Assembly (NCBI GenBank): GCA_963575745.1
Contig: CAUYUJ010000207.1
Location: 1-64,000, forward strand
Direction: 5' to 3'
From: Prorocentrum cordatum
Taxonomy: Eukaryota
DNA: 64,000 bases
The notes beneath the pieces were generated by a model that was not told the origin of the DNA, ran no database searches, and saw only the letters and a list, made by a program, of their open reading frames with translations. Below are positions 1 through 11,882 of the stretch, one piece after another. Every line of letters starts with the position of its first letter. Positions within the stretch are counted from its first letter, which is position 1. Position numbers and translations under genes: made by a program.

Positions 1-1203
1 GAGGATGGCAGTTCCTGGACCTGGACAACAGTCGGTGTTTCCTCGTGCGCATCGAGACGCACGCCGGCTTCTGATGTGCTGTACCCCGAGGTGGGAGGAG
101 AAAAGGACACTTGAGTCAAAATATTTGCGTTCCCAGTGGAAGTGGAAGGAGGCCTCGAAACTGACACGATTAGGCAGTACTAAGGGGCAGGCGACGGGTG
201 AACATCCTTGGTGTTTCATGTTCCAGACGATATTTCCCTAGTTTGTGAATCTGGAGGATCGGTGGTGGAGGGCGTGCTCTTTCTCTTACTCTGACTTCGT
301 TCAGTATTGCAGGCAGTTCCTGGAAGCTTGTACTTTGGGTTCTTTGTTTGACTTGTTTGTTGTCCGTGGAGGAACTGGAGGACGAGGAAACTACATAAAG
401 GAGAGGGGGGAGGAGATGATGGCTCGTCCGTTGTCGGTGAAGGAGTCTGAGAAGCTGGCCCAGAGATTGGCCTCGAACAATGAACAGGAGCCGACTTGGG
501 ATCTGAGTGATGACGGGATCGGTCTGGAGCTGACGGGAGATTCGCTTCTTATCTGTAATTGGATCAACGGTCTCTGGTAGGTTGAGGGTGGAGAAGGAGG
601 AGATGGGGCTTCTTATCGTAGGCGGGTTGCAAATATTATTTCTCTGTTGGAAGAATTGGAGGAGGAAGGAGTACGACCCCCCTCATGGGGCAACGACTTT
701 ATTCGACACATATATCGGGAGAGTAACACAGTAGCTGATGAACTTACCCATCTAGCACGGGAAGGCCAGATATTCAGAGAGCTGTTCCACCACCGTATCT
801 TTCGCCCTGATGTTCAAGACAACTTTCGAGTTATTGGCCTCCGCGGATCCTTCGACGGCGGAGTGTGTGCCCAAGGTGTGGGCGTCGGCTGGTTTCTGCA
901 GATTGGATATATCCCTCGCTTCCATGATCCGTACCCTGACCCTGAACATATAGATAAGAGAGCTCGGGTAGTCTCCCTCTTCCCCCAAGCCTCCTCTCCT
1001 TGTCCAATCATATGGGAAGTAGTAGGGCGTTGTGCACAGGCACTCCCCTCCATAGCAGTATCACTGACGCTGAGCTTTCGGGTCTCGAGGGCCTCTTGCG
1101 GGCCGCAGCCCAGGTGGCCCAAGACCTCCAGCTGCAGAGAGACTAGGTAGGCACTTAACGGGCGCTGGGGCGCTCGGTGCCTGGTCAGCCTCCCCAAAAA
1201 AAA
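1..1203 (+). mobile_element. 3' fragment of a degenerate non-LTR retrotransposon (LINE-0): permuted RNase H region and 3' tail
   Basis: Broken ORFs 5-241, 245-580 and 647-1150 carry LELTGDSLLICNW, HIYRESNTVAD and LRGSFDGG..GVGVGW, matching the other LINEs. The A-rich tail joins GAGGTTGACGGTTTACCGCCGG. Confidence 0.85.
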
Positions 1204-2782
1204 CGGAGGTTGACGGTTTACCGCCGGCGCCCACTTCAAAATTATGTTCTCAAAATTTGAACATTCGTTCGAGCTCTAGTATTTTTTCCCGTGATATTCG
1301 ATCTTATTCCCGCTCGCCATCTTGATCTCAGCTCGATCGGGTGAATATTACTCTCGAAAAGCACTGTGGCGGGATCGGCCGTTTCGAGTCATCTTGATAC
1401 GCGCTGTCGGTATATTGGACTCAACTCGAGATACAGGACAGCTTGAGAGCTGATAAGCACACCTTATCGATTCAGAATGATCAGGCGCGTTCGTCTGTCG
1501 CATCCAGAGATCTGAAATCGGTCTGCTAGCTGAGCTAGGTCCGCAAACCTGTTCGTATTATTCGAGTCATCTTGACAGACGTTGTCGGCTTTGTGTACTT
1601 ACTCGAGCTGTAGCACAGCTACAGACTTACAGAAACCGATTCAGGATCATCGGTCGCGTTTGTCTGTTAATTCAGAGCTCTGAACTTGGTCTGCTGCCCG
1701 AGCTAGGTCGCAAACTTTTCGTCATCTTGAGAGGTGCTGTCGGTTTTCTGCACTTAACTAGGGCTGTAGGGGGGCTACAGGGCTCATAGCCACAGGAATC
1801 GATTCAGAGACATCAGGCGCGTTCGCTTGTCGCATTTAGAGGTCTGAACTCGGTCTGCTACTCGAGCTAGGTTCGCGAAACTATTCGTATTGGTCGAGTC
1901 ATCTTGGGAGGTGCTGTCGGTTTTCTGCACTTAACTCGGTCTGTAGGGGGGCTGCAGGGGGCATAATCACAGGAAACGATTCGGACATCAGGCGCGTCCG
2001 CCTGTTGCATTCAGAGGTCTGAACTCGGTTTGCTACTCGAGCTAGGTTCGCAAACCCATTCGTATTGTTCGAGTTATCTTGACAGGTGCTGTCAGTTTTC
2101 GCACGTAACTCGGGCTGTAGGAGAGCTACACAGCTGATGCGCACAGAAACTGATTCGAAATCATTTTGCGCGCTCGTCTGTTGCATCCAGAGGTCTGAAC
2201 CGGGTTTGCCTCTCGGACTAGCTCCGCAAAACTATTCGCATTCTTCAAGTTACCTTGGCAGATTTCGCCCCTCTTCTGCATTGACCTCGGGCTGTAAGAG
2301 CTACGAGCTGGTACGCACACAAAACGATCCAGAAGTATGAGAGGCGTTCGGCTGTTGCATCGAGAGGTCTGAAATCGCTGGGGCTGAACAACTATTCGTT
2401 CTCTACAACTTTTTTAACAGTATGCATGATCAGGAAGCTCTACGAGTCCCCCGGCGGTAACAAAGGTTGCTCAAGGCGTGGTTGCTCAAGGCGTGGTTGC
2501 TCAGCGCAGCCGACAGGGGTTTTAAACTCTGCCTGGACCTCGCCTCCAGTTTAGAGCCCCTACGCCAGCAAAGTTCTGTTTCGCTTACGTTACGAGGGCA
2601 TGCACGCATCAAGCCCCTTGGGGAGTGGGCTTCATAGCTTCCCTCTCGCCAGTTTTCAATCAGCTGAATCTTGTTGTGCACTCAGGACGCGTTACAGATA
2701 GCAGATTCGACTTGGTTGTGGCAATTTCTTCAGTTGTACTTGTACTTTGTCTCCTTGCCTCGTTCTCTTTCACATTGCAGTT

Positions 2783-3955
2783 ATGGAGGAAATGACAAAA
2801 GAAGAGGAGTTGGATATCGAAGGAATGGGAGGGGATGATCTTCAGAGCAAGATCCGTGGGGGTATACCGCCAGGTCTCTTGGACGCAGCTGCGGGAGCAG
2901 CAGGTGGACTTTTGGAGGAAGAAAAGGATGCTAAACGTCGTCGTCAGAGTGAGTTGGCACGGCAGCAGCGTGAGCAGGCATTGATTCAACAACAACAACA
3001 GCAGCTCAATCCTCAGTTGGCTGCACTCTCGCAGCTGCTCGACTCGAAGTTTGCCACGCAAAAGGAGAATTTCCAGTCTATTATGCAAGGTGAAGTTGCG
3101 CCGATCAAATTGAAGTTGGAAGAACACAGTACCGATTTGCAACGCCTCAATGCACAGGTGCAGTCACAGTAGAGACAGTTAGAAACCCTCCAAAGTAAAA
3201 CGAATGCCGATGCCTCAACAGTTGCTTCATCACGTGGGACTGGGTCGGGGAATCCTGGCTTCCAGTTCCAGGGTACTCGTGGGGAGTTTGGCTTCAAGGG
3301 TCCGAGGCCAACATTTCAACCAACGATGATAACTATAAAAGGATGGGCACGCACAGCGTCAGAAGAGCTTCATAAACGATCCAAGGCTTTACTCCCTGGA
3401 GCGGTGGCCCAGCGCCTCCTTGCGACTCTATTTCAGAAAGCGAATTGTTTGGCGCACGTGGATGAGATAAAAACGAACGATGAGAACAGTAAGAACCCCA
3501 TGGGATGTTATCAGCCCAAGATATGCTTCAAAGCCACGGCGACGAAGGATATGATGTGGGATTTTGGCAAAGTGTTCATTCAATGTTTCGAGCAGAAAGC
3601 CATCTTTGAGGATCCACACGGCGCGACCACGTATAACCACATCTGTGATGAAAGGATCACGGTCACTGTGGAGGCCTCTCCGTGGCAAGAACCGCACATC
3701 AAAGCTGCTGGCAAATTCAAGGCCCTATTTTATAAGCATCGTTCGTGTGCCAGCGCCTTTGTAAAGGTTGAGAAATATGGACCCCCAGCCACGTTTCTTT
3801 GGGCTTACCCGTCCGAGCAGCAGCTGCAAAAGGGACAGTGTGTTGCCTCATGGAAGCCTGATCGTGCAGTGGGTTGGAAGATTGATGAGGATATGATCAA
3901 GGAAGTCGATCCAAACTTCAAACTGGGGGATTTCAAAGCTGATCTCATGAGTTGA
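2783..3955 (+). pseudogene. LINE ORF1 (coiled-coil, Q-rich N-terminus) with premature stop
   Basis: Same protein as 10710-11882, but TAG at 3170-3172 where copy 2 has CAG. Confidence 0.85.
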
Positions 3956-6900
3956 CGGTGCCCTGGCAAGTGGCACGAACAATTGGCTGAGGTTGATCGC
4001 TCAATTTTCAGCTGGAACGTTCGTTTGCTAGGGATTGCACAATGCCACGAGATTTTCGCCCAGGTCTTCAATTCAAGCAATGTGATTCTCCTTCAAGAGT
4101 GCCAGTTTGTCTCCGATCGTGTTGCTGAGGAACACGGTTGGAATCTTTGGCGCTCCTCTTGTGAGCGATCGTGCGTGGGCCTCCGTGGTGTTTGGAAGGA
4201 CGATGTCCAACGCGAGGCCAGAGGCGACCGTTGGGTTGCCGTTGTTTGCTCTAATGTCATCTTTCTCTCTCTTTACTTGCCGCATAAGTATTTGCATGGA
4301 AAGTCTCGTGAGCAGGTTTTGCGTACGCTTAGTGTATACCAAGAAGTGCTGAGGGATACAGCGCTCAATGTTGCCAGACTGAAAAAGCAGTTTCGAATTC
4401 AGGATGTTGTTTTAGGAACCGATGCTAGTGTGGAGGTTGAGCCTCAGGTTTTCCACATGTCTCAGGCTGTCTCGGGTCCTAGTGTTGTTGGTGTGCCTAT
4501 TGTCCCTCGTACGAGGGATGGCGGATTTCAGAGGCGATCTAAGGAGTTTGCTTTGGAACTCAGCGAGGCTCTTACTTCAACTATTGGCACCCTGGGCCTC
4601 CAGTTGGCCGACACTTTCAACCCTACGAGGCTCCCTACCTGGCGCTCTGCTAAATGGGCTCACTACAGGCACCTACCTCAAGAACAGCAGTACTCTCACG
4701 TCTATGACTACATAGGTGTACCTTCGTCTTGGGGAGCTCCTGAGGTCTCCGTCTTGTGGCCACAGCCGGGGGCAGCACATATGTCTGGGAGCTCGGCCTC
4801 GAGTTTTTGGAGTGATCATGGTCTGTTACACTTGCGTGTCCCTGCTCGTGTCTTGCCTCGTCGAGTTGAGCGTCCCAATCCTGTCCGCAACACACGTTGG
4901 CATGTTCAGTCTCATCGTGTACCTCTTTTGCGCTATGCGGTTGGTGCAGCCCTGGTGTCTGGCAACAGCCAGACAGAACAGACCGATTGGAGTGGACATA
5001 CGGGTCTCTCGCCCACGGAGCTAGGTGACATGATTCGACAGCCCTGTGAGGAAATCGGCGAGGTCCCCACCAAAGCAGACCTTGCCCCGAAAGTTTCTGA
5101 GCAGTATGTTGCCGCTCGGGAGGCCGCACTTGAGATGAGGAGGAAGAGAAATAAGGGTGAATGCACGGAGGAGGAGTTCAAGAAGGCGAGGAGGAGGTAT
5201 AGATATGAGAGGAGGAAGCATGGGAGGAATATCTTGGAGTATGAGTTCCGTCCAGGTCTACAGCATCGAACATACCTTAAGACGCTCAAAGTCGAGGGGG
5301 TGCTCACTTGGGACAAGTCTAAGTGGGAGAAGGCCCTCAGAGCGCACGGTCTGGCCATGTATACTGATGAACATGAGCGTGCACGCACAAACAGTAAGCT
5401 GGAGGAGATGAGGAAGAGGTTGCAGGAGGTGAATACGCAGGAGTACCAGCCTATCGATATCGGCCTGCTCATGCGTGCTAGGTCTCGTCTTCGTTCAGGA
5501 AAGGCCGTAGGTAAGGACAACATCAGCGTCTCCATGCTTAAGCACATCCCTTGGTCAGGTTGTCTTCAAGTCTTGCGGTGCTTTCAGCAGCTGTTTATGC
5601 GCGAGTATTGCACACCCACAGAATGGTGCCATATATGTATACAGCTGATGCCGAAGTCTGTGAAGACTTGCGAATTCAATGACACACGAGCTTTATCATT
5701 ATTATCTTGCCTGTCAAAATGGTATATGTCATGTCTCACCTTGTTGGCCGTGGACCATCTCAAACGGAGTGTTGCCCCCGAGGTCATGCTCTTCGGGTTT
5801 GTTGCTGGAAGACGGACACACGATATTACTGGTGGTTTGAAGAGAGTTGCTCAGCACGCGACAGAATGGGGGAAGTCATATTGTATGCACATGGCGAGCT
5901 TAGACGTGTATCGTGCTTTTGATAACGTACAGGTGGCAGACGTTGCTGACTGCCTGGAGGAGTTGAGGTTTCCACCTGAACTTAGTTATGCGCTCATGGA
6001 GGGCCTAGCTGAGAACAGGGCCGATTTATCTTTCCAGCAGGTGGATGTCTCGGACATAGCTTGGGATAGTTGTAACCGCACAGGTAGTGTTGAGGCTCCG
6101 CTCTTTTAGCTATGTGAGAGTGTGCTCATGTTCCGTTCTGTTGTCTTGAGTTGGCAGGAGCGGGGGATGGGTGTGCAGTTGACGCAGCAGGCAGGTACTC
6201 GTCATCTTACACATGCTATTTGGGCCGACAATGTTCTGTTGTGTGCCAGGGATCAGGGTGAGTTGACGACCATGATTGCGGAGATCAGTGTCCCACTTTA
6301 TCACAGGAAGTACAGATGGAAACCGAGTAGCTTGCAGTTTATTCGCTTTGGCTATGATGAGCCTGGGATCGAGAGTTTGGATGTCTCTTTTGCGTTGCCG
6401 ACTTCCCAGGATAAGCGTCAGAGAGTGACTATAACGTTGCAGCAGACAGATCGTTTGGAAATACTTGGCACGATTCTTGAAAACAGTATGCGACAACATG
6501 AGGACTTAAATCATCGGATTTCTCTCGCACAAAAGGCGTTTTGGCAAGATAAGAAGTATTACATGTGCCACGGTATTAAGTTGAAGAAAAGATTGCGGCG
6601 ATATGACTCACGTGTAAGAAGCCGATTCTTGTTTGCAGTGGAAGGGATGACAGCTGACAAAAATGCTATTGAATCGATTCATGCGTTTGAAGGCCGCTTA
6701 CTGTCGAAGATGGTATGGAGACGGAAACGTGACACTGAGAGTTGGCCACAGTTTTTCCAGAGCGTGTACTTGACGGGGCGGAAAGCACTCAGGACAGCTC
6801 AGATGCCGAGTGCGGTCCAGCTCTTTCTTTTCAAACAGTGGAGTTGGGCAAAGGATGTGGCGACGACAACTGCTCAAAACGGGATCCGCCAAGTTGATGA

Positions 6901-8326
6901 CGCCCAGCCTACAATTGATCCAATGGAAATGGATGGTGCAGTGTCTCTTCATATGGATGGGATGTCTCAGAATGCGGGTGCTACTGTACCGATTACCACG
7001 GATTTGATGTCTCAGAATGCGGGTGCGAGTGTACCGATTACCACGGGTTCGATGTCTTTGAATGCGGGTGCTGCTGTACCGAGCACCGGAGATCTGAAAC
7101 GACGGAGAGTGACTGTTATTGTGGCCCCTGTCCTTACTGCCCGAGGGGACCTCACTGTTGCTCTGCCTGAGGGTCTGGAGAACAGCGCCACGAGTCAGAA
7201 CCGACGACGGCTTATCTCTCAGGCGTCCCGTGCTGCTGCCAAAAGGAGCAGGAATGCTCCCACATCATCAACGCCATCATCATCATCAGCCCCTACACCA
7301 GCGCCAGCTGCCATGCGAAGAAGGTTTCGAAGTGATATGGTGGGGGCGAGTGCGGATGACCCTTTCTTGCAGGCCCGTTACACGATGATGCATGCCGCCA
7401 GCCCGTGGACTCAGCAGATGGATGCCGTTATTCGCACATATAACTCGCAGGAAGCACGATCCTTTACACGTCGAAGGGAAGGTGGAAAAACAGTGGGACT
7501 TCGTCCGTGGGGCTTGCCTTTTGAAACGGTGGGTGGAGATGCTTGGTATGATACTCTTGAGTGGACTCAGGCAGGGTGGAGATGTTTTATCCGTACGTTG
7601 CTTTCGGAATGGGACCTACAACATGTTTTAGAATATGCTCACCTGCCTGAACCAAAACCCTGGAGGCAGAAAAACGACGAGGAGGAGGTGGAGGGGACGG
7701 AGGAGAGAAATAATGAGATTGCAAAGCGGCTCGCCTATAACTTCGAGAATGCCAGCGTCTGGAACTACGAGGCTGAAGGGGTTCCCGTCGAGCTCTGTGG
7801 TGACTCCCAGGTGGTAGTGAACTGGCTGGTGGGACAATATGTATGTACGACGGAAGTGTATTGTGAGACCATTGCACACATTCAAAGTATATTATACAGA
7901 CTACACTTGAACTACCGCGTGAATCTGAGGCCGCCGTCTTGGGGTTTAGATCCTTGGAAGTGGTTTTATCGTGAGGGAAATGAGCGTGCTGATGCTGAAA
8001 CTTGGAAGGCCCGCGCGGGCCAGAACCATCGTACTTTCGACCCGTACATTCATACTCTCAGAAGGGAACAAATAAAGGGGATTCGCGGCTACTTCGATGG
8101 TGGTCGGTCCTCCCACGGTGTTGGCATTGGTTGGGTCATTGACTTATTCGTGCTCCCCCTCCCTGCTCTTCAACACTCTCAAGGCTCTTGGCTATTCAAC
8201 ATAGCCTCCGAGGCTGCCGCCATCCCGCCGACCTGCACGGTTAGTCAAGCTGAGCTCTTGGCCAGCAAGCGCCTCGCTGAAGGTGTCGAGCACCTGCTGC
8301 TCCTCTGCTGCGGACCTGAATCCTGA
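3956..8326 (+). pseudogene. LINE ORF2 (APE endonuclease, RT, permuted RNase H) with premature stop
   Basis: Motifs SWNV, LLQE, SDH, LDVYRAFD and WADN (6221-6232). TAG at 6107-6109 where copy 2 has TGG. APE DAN changed to DAS. Net 72 bp shorter than copy 2 near 5430. Confidence 0.9.
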
Positions 8327-8765
8327 GCGGGGGCTCCCCTGTCCCTGTGGGCTCCGAGCAAAGCAAAAACAAAGGTTGACGGTTTACCGCTGGCGCCCAG
8401 TTTTGGACGCTACAAAGTGGACGCTACTAAGTGGTCAGTTGAAAATTCCTCGTAGAGCTCTTCGTCATCCCTCGTAGAGCTCTTTGACATCGATGAGCTA
8501 GAGGAACTCTGGCGCGGGATTGAGCTAGTACCTCGTAGAGCTCTTCGGCATCGAAGAGCTAGAGGAATTCCGGCGAGGGGCGGAGCTAGTTGGCCCACCC
8601 GGCTGGGGCGGACAAATTGGTGACTTTTGGTTGGTTTTGCGAAAATTTGAAAGATATTCAACAATGTATTTTTCCTGGAGAGCTCTCTGAGAGCTAGAAG
8701 GTTTTAGATTAGAAGCCGGACGGTGGTGGTGTCTGCCAGCAGCCCATCTTCGCCGCTCCAGAATC

Positions 8766-8886
8766 CCCGCAGCGACTTGTAAAACGTCGTTGCGGGTCCG
8801 GGAGCGCTTCGGGCACGCGTCCACGCGTGCCTGCACGCGTGCAGGCACGCGTGGAAGCGCTCCCGGCAGCGCTTCAGAAGCGCTGC
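8766..8886. repeat. Cluster of three GC-rich inverted repeats including a perfect 36-bp palindrome
   Basis: TCCACGCGTGCCTGCACGCGTGCAGGCACGCGTGGA at 8820-8855, with extra arms at 8798-8809 and 8855-8866. Further hairpins at 8766-8796 and 8866-8886. Confidence 0.85.
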
Positions 8887-10709
8887 AGGGGAGCCCCCAG
8901 AGCTCCAGAAGCGCTTCACGAGAGCGTCCGAGGGCCCCCAGGAAAGCTTTCCGGCGTGTATTCGAGCTCTAGTTTTCCCACCATATTCGATCTAATTCCC
9001 GCTCGCCATCTTGATCTCAGCTCGATCGGGTGAATATTTCATCAAAAAAGCGTCGCGGCGGGATCGGCTGTTTCGAGTCATCTTGATACGCGTTGTCGGC
9101 ATTTTGTTCTTAACTCGAGCTGTAGGGCAGCTACAGAGCTCATTATCACAGACATCGATTGCGAATCATCAGGCGCGTTCGTCTGTCCCATCCAGAGGTC
9201 TGATCTCGGTAACTCGTAGAGCTTCCCTTAGCAAGTTATTGCTGGAAGCTTCAGAGTAATTCTGGGGCGCTGGAGAGCTAGTTGGCAAGAAAAATCTCGA
9301 CGGACCTTTTGGTGACTTTCGGTCGGTTGAAAATTTTGTTTTCGAAATTCCCTAATTCGTTTGAGCTCTAGTATTTTTTCCCCTGATATTCGATCAAATT
9401 CCCGCTCGCCATCTTGATCTCAGCTCGATCGGGTAGCTTTTACTGCCAAAAAGCACACTGGCGGGATCGGCCGTTTCGAGTCATCTTGTCACGCGCTGTC
9501 GGTTTTCTCAAGATAACTCGAGCTTCAGGACAGCTACAGAGCTGGTGAGCACAGCTAATCGATTCAGAATGATCAGGCGCGTTCGCCTGTTGAAGCCAGA
9601 GGTCTGAACTCGGTCTGCTAGCCGAGCTAGGTCCGCAAACCTATTCGTATTATTCGAGTCATCTTGACAGACACTCTCGGTTTTCTGTACTTAACTCGAG
9701 CTAAAGGACAGCTACAGAGCTGATACGTACAGAAATCTGATTCAGAATGATCAGTGGCCGTTGTCTGTTGAATCCAGAGCTCTGAACTCGGTCTGCTGCC
9801 CGATCTAGAATCGCGAAACTATTCGTATTGTTCGAGTCATCTTGAGAGATGCTGTCGGTTCTCTGCACTTAACTCGGGCTGTAGGGGGGCTGCATGGCTG
9901 GTAATCATTGGAATCGATTCGGAGACATCAGGCGCGTCCGCGTGTCGAATCCAGAGCTCCGAACTCTGTCTGCTGCCCGAACTAGGTCCGCGAAGCTATT
10001 CGTATTGTTCGAGTCATCCTGAGAGGTGCTGTGGGTTTCCTGCACTTAGCTCGGGCTGTAGGGGGGGCTGCAGGGCTGGTAATCACAGGAATCGATTCAG
10101 AGACATCAGACGCGTATGCAGAGGTCTGAACTCGGTCTGATACTCGAGCTAGGTTTGCCCAACTATTCGTATTGTTCGACTCATCTTGAGAGGTGCTGTC
10201 GATTTACGCACGTAACTCGGGCTGTAGGAGAGCTACAGAGCTCGTACAGAAGACAATCCAGAAGCATCGGGGGCGTTCGGCTGTTGCATCCGAGAGGTCT
10301 GAAATTGCCTGGGCTGAAAAAATATTTTTGCTGTGTAATTTTTTTCGACATTACATGTTGTCAGGAAGTCTACGAGTCCCCCGGCGGTAACAAAGGTTGC
10401 TCAAGGCGTGGTTGCTCATCGCATCCGACAGGGGTTTTAAACTCTGCCTGGACCTCGCCTCCAGTTTAGAGCCCCTACGCCAGCAAAGCTTTTGTTTCGC
10501 TTACGTTACAAGGCACACACGCAGTCAAGCGCTGACTCCGTGACAGGCATCACGGTGCCCGATCTTTGCACTCTCGCCAGTTTTCAATCAGCTGAATCCT
10601 GTTGTGCACTCAGGACGCGTTACAGATAGCAGATTCATCTTGGTTGTGGCAATTTCTTCCGTTGCACTTGTACTTTGTCTCTTTGCCTCGTTCTCTTTCA
10701 CATTGCAGT

Positions 10710-11882
10710 ATGGAGGAAATGACAAAAGAAGAGGAGTTGGACATCGAAGGTATGGGAGGGGATGATCTTCATAGCAAGATCCGTGGGGGTATACCGCCAG
10801 GTCTCTTGGATGCAGCAGCGGGGGCAGCAGGTGGACTTCTGGAGGAAGAAAAGGATACCAAACGTCGTCGTCAGAGTGAGTTGGCACGGCGGCAGCGTGA
10901 GCAGGCATTGATTCAACAACAACAACAGCAGCTGAATCCTCAGCTGGCGGCACTCTCGCAGTTGCTCGATTCGAAGTTTGCCACACAAAAGGAGAATTTC
11001 CAGTCTATCATGCAGGGTGAAGTTGCGCCGATCAAACTGAAGTTGGAAGAGCATAGTACCGATTTGCAACGTCTGAATGCACAGGTGCAGTCACAGCAGA
11101 GACAGTTAGAAGCCCTCCAGAGTAAAACCAATGCCGATGCATCAACAGTTGCTTCATCCCGTGGGACTGGGTCGGGGAATCCAGGCTTCCAGTTCCAGGG
11201 TACTCGTGGTGAGTTTGGTCTCAAGGGTCCGAGGCCAACCTTCCAACCAACGATGATAACTATAAAAGGATGGGCACGCACAGCGTCGGAAGAACTTCAT
11301 AAACGATCCAAGGCCTTACTCCCTGGTGCGGTTGCCCAGCGCCTCCTGGCGACTCTATTTCAAAAAGCGAATTGCTTGGCGCACGTGGATGAGATAAAAA
11401 CGAATGATGAGAACAGTAAGAACCCCATGGGATGTTATCAGCTCAAGATATGCTTCAAAGCCACGGCGACGAAGGATAGGATGTGGGATTTTCGCAAAGT
11501 GTTCATTCAATGTTTCGAGCAGAAAGCCATCTTTGAGGACCCACACGATGCGACCACGTATAATCACATCTGTGATGAAAGGATCACGGTTACGGTGGAG
11601 GCCTCTCCATGGCAAGAACCGCACATCAAAGCTGCTGGCAAATTCAAGGCCCTATTTTATAAGCATCGTTCGTGTGCCAGCGCCTTTGTAAAGGTGGAAA
11701 AATATGGACCCCCAGCCACGTTTCTGTGGGCTTACCCGTCCGAGCAGCAGCTGCAAAAGGGACAGTGTGTTGCCTCGTGGAAGCCTGATCGTGCAGTGGG
11801 TTGGAAGATTGATGAGGATATGATCAAGGAAGTCGATCCAAACTTCAATCTGGGGGATTTCAAAGCTGATCTCATGAGTTGA
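10710..11882 (+). CDS. LINE ORF1 protein, 390 aa (coiled coil plus conserved C-terminal domain)
   Basis: ATG at 10710 follows a pyrimidine tract ending GCAG. Motifs FQPTMITIKGW, VEASPW..PH and GPP are shared with the ORF1s at 28701, 41495 and 47290. Confidence 0.85.
   Translation: MEEMTKEEELDIEGMGGDDLHSKIRGGIPPGLLDAAAGAAGGLLEEEKDTKRRRQSELARRQREQALIQQQQQQLNPQLAALSQLLDSKFATQKENFQSIMQGEVAPIKLKLEEHSTDLQRLNAQVQSQQRQLEALQSKTNADASTVASSRGTGSGNPGFQFQGTRGEFGLKGPRPTFQPTMITIKGWARTASEELHKRSKALLPGAVAQRLLATLFQKANCLAHVDEIKTNDENSKNPMGCYQLKICFKATATKDRMWDFRKVFIQCFEQKAIFEDPHDATTYNHICDERITVTVEASPWQEPHIKAAGKFKALFYKHRSCASAFVKVEKYGPPATFLWAYPSEQQLQKGQCVASWKPDRAVGWKIDEDMIKEVDPNFNLGDFKADLMS

Larger units (their letters stand above)
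2470..8367 (+). mobile_element. Full-length non-LTR retrotransposon LINE-1 (family A), inactivated copy
   Basis: Flanked by AACAAAGGTTG at 2459-2469 and 8368-8378 (TSD). Has ORF1 plus APE-RT-RNase H ORF2 and is nearly identical to 10400-16366. Confidence 0.93.

Noticed and set aside
2505..2600. HDV-like ribozyme at the LINE 5' end (CCTCGCC loop)
   Set aside because: By eye it folds as a simple long hairpin. I could not find the P1.1/P2/P4 pseudoknot pairing. An Infernal or RNArobo search would settle it.
3170..6109. Internal TAG stops (3170, 6107, 30066, 42290) as an alternative genetic code
   Set aside because: They align to different residues (Q, W, E) in intact relatives and are not shared between copies, so they are ordinary nonsense mutations, unlike the conserved ORF1/ORF2 stop.
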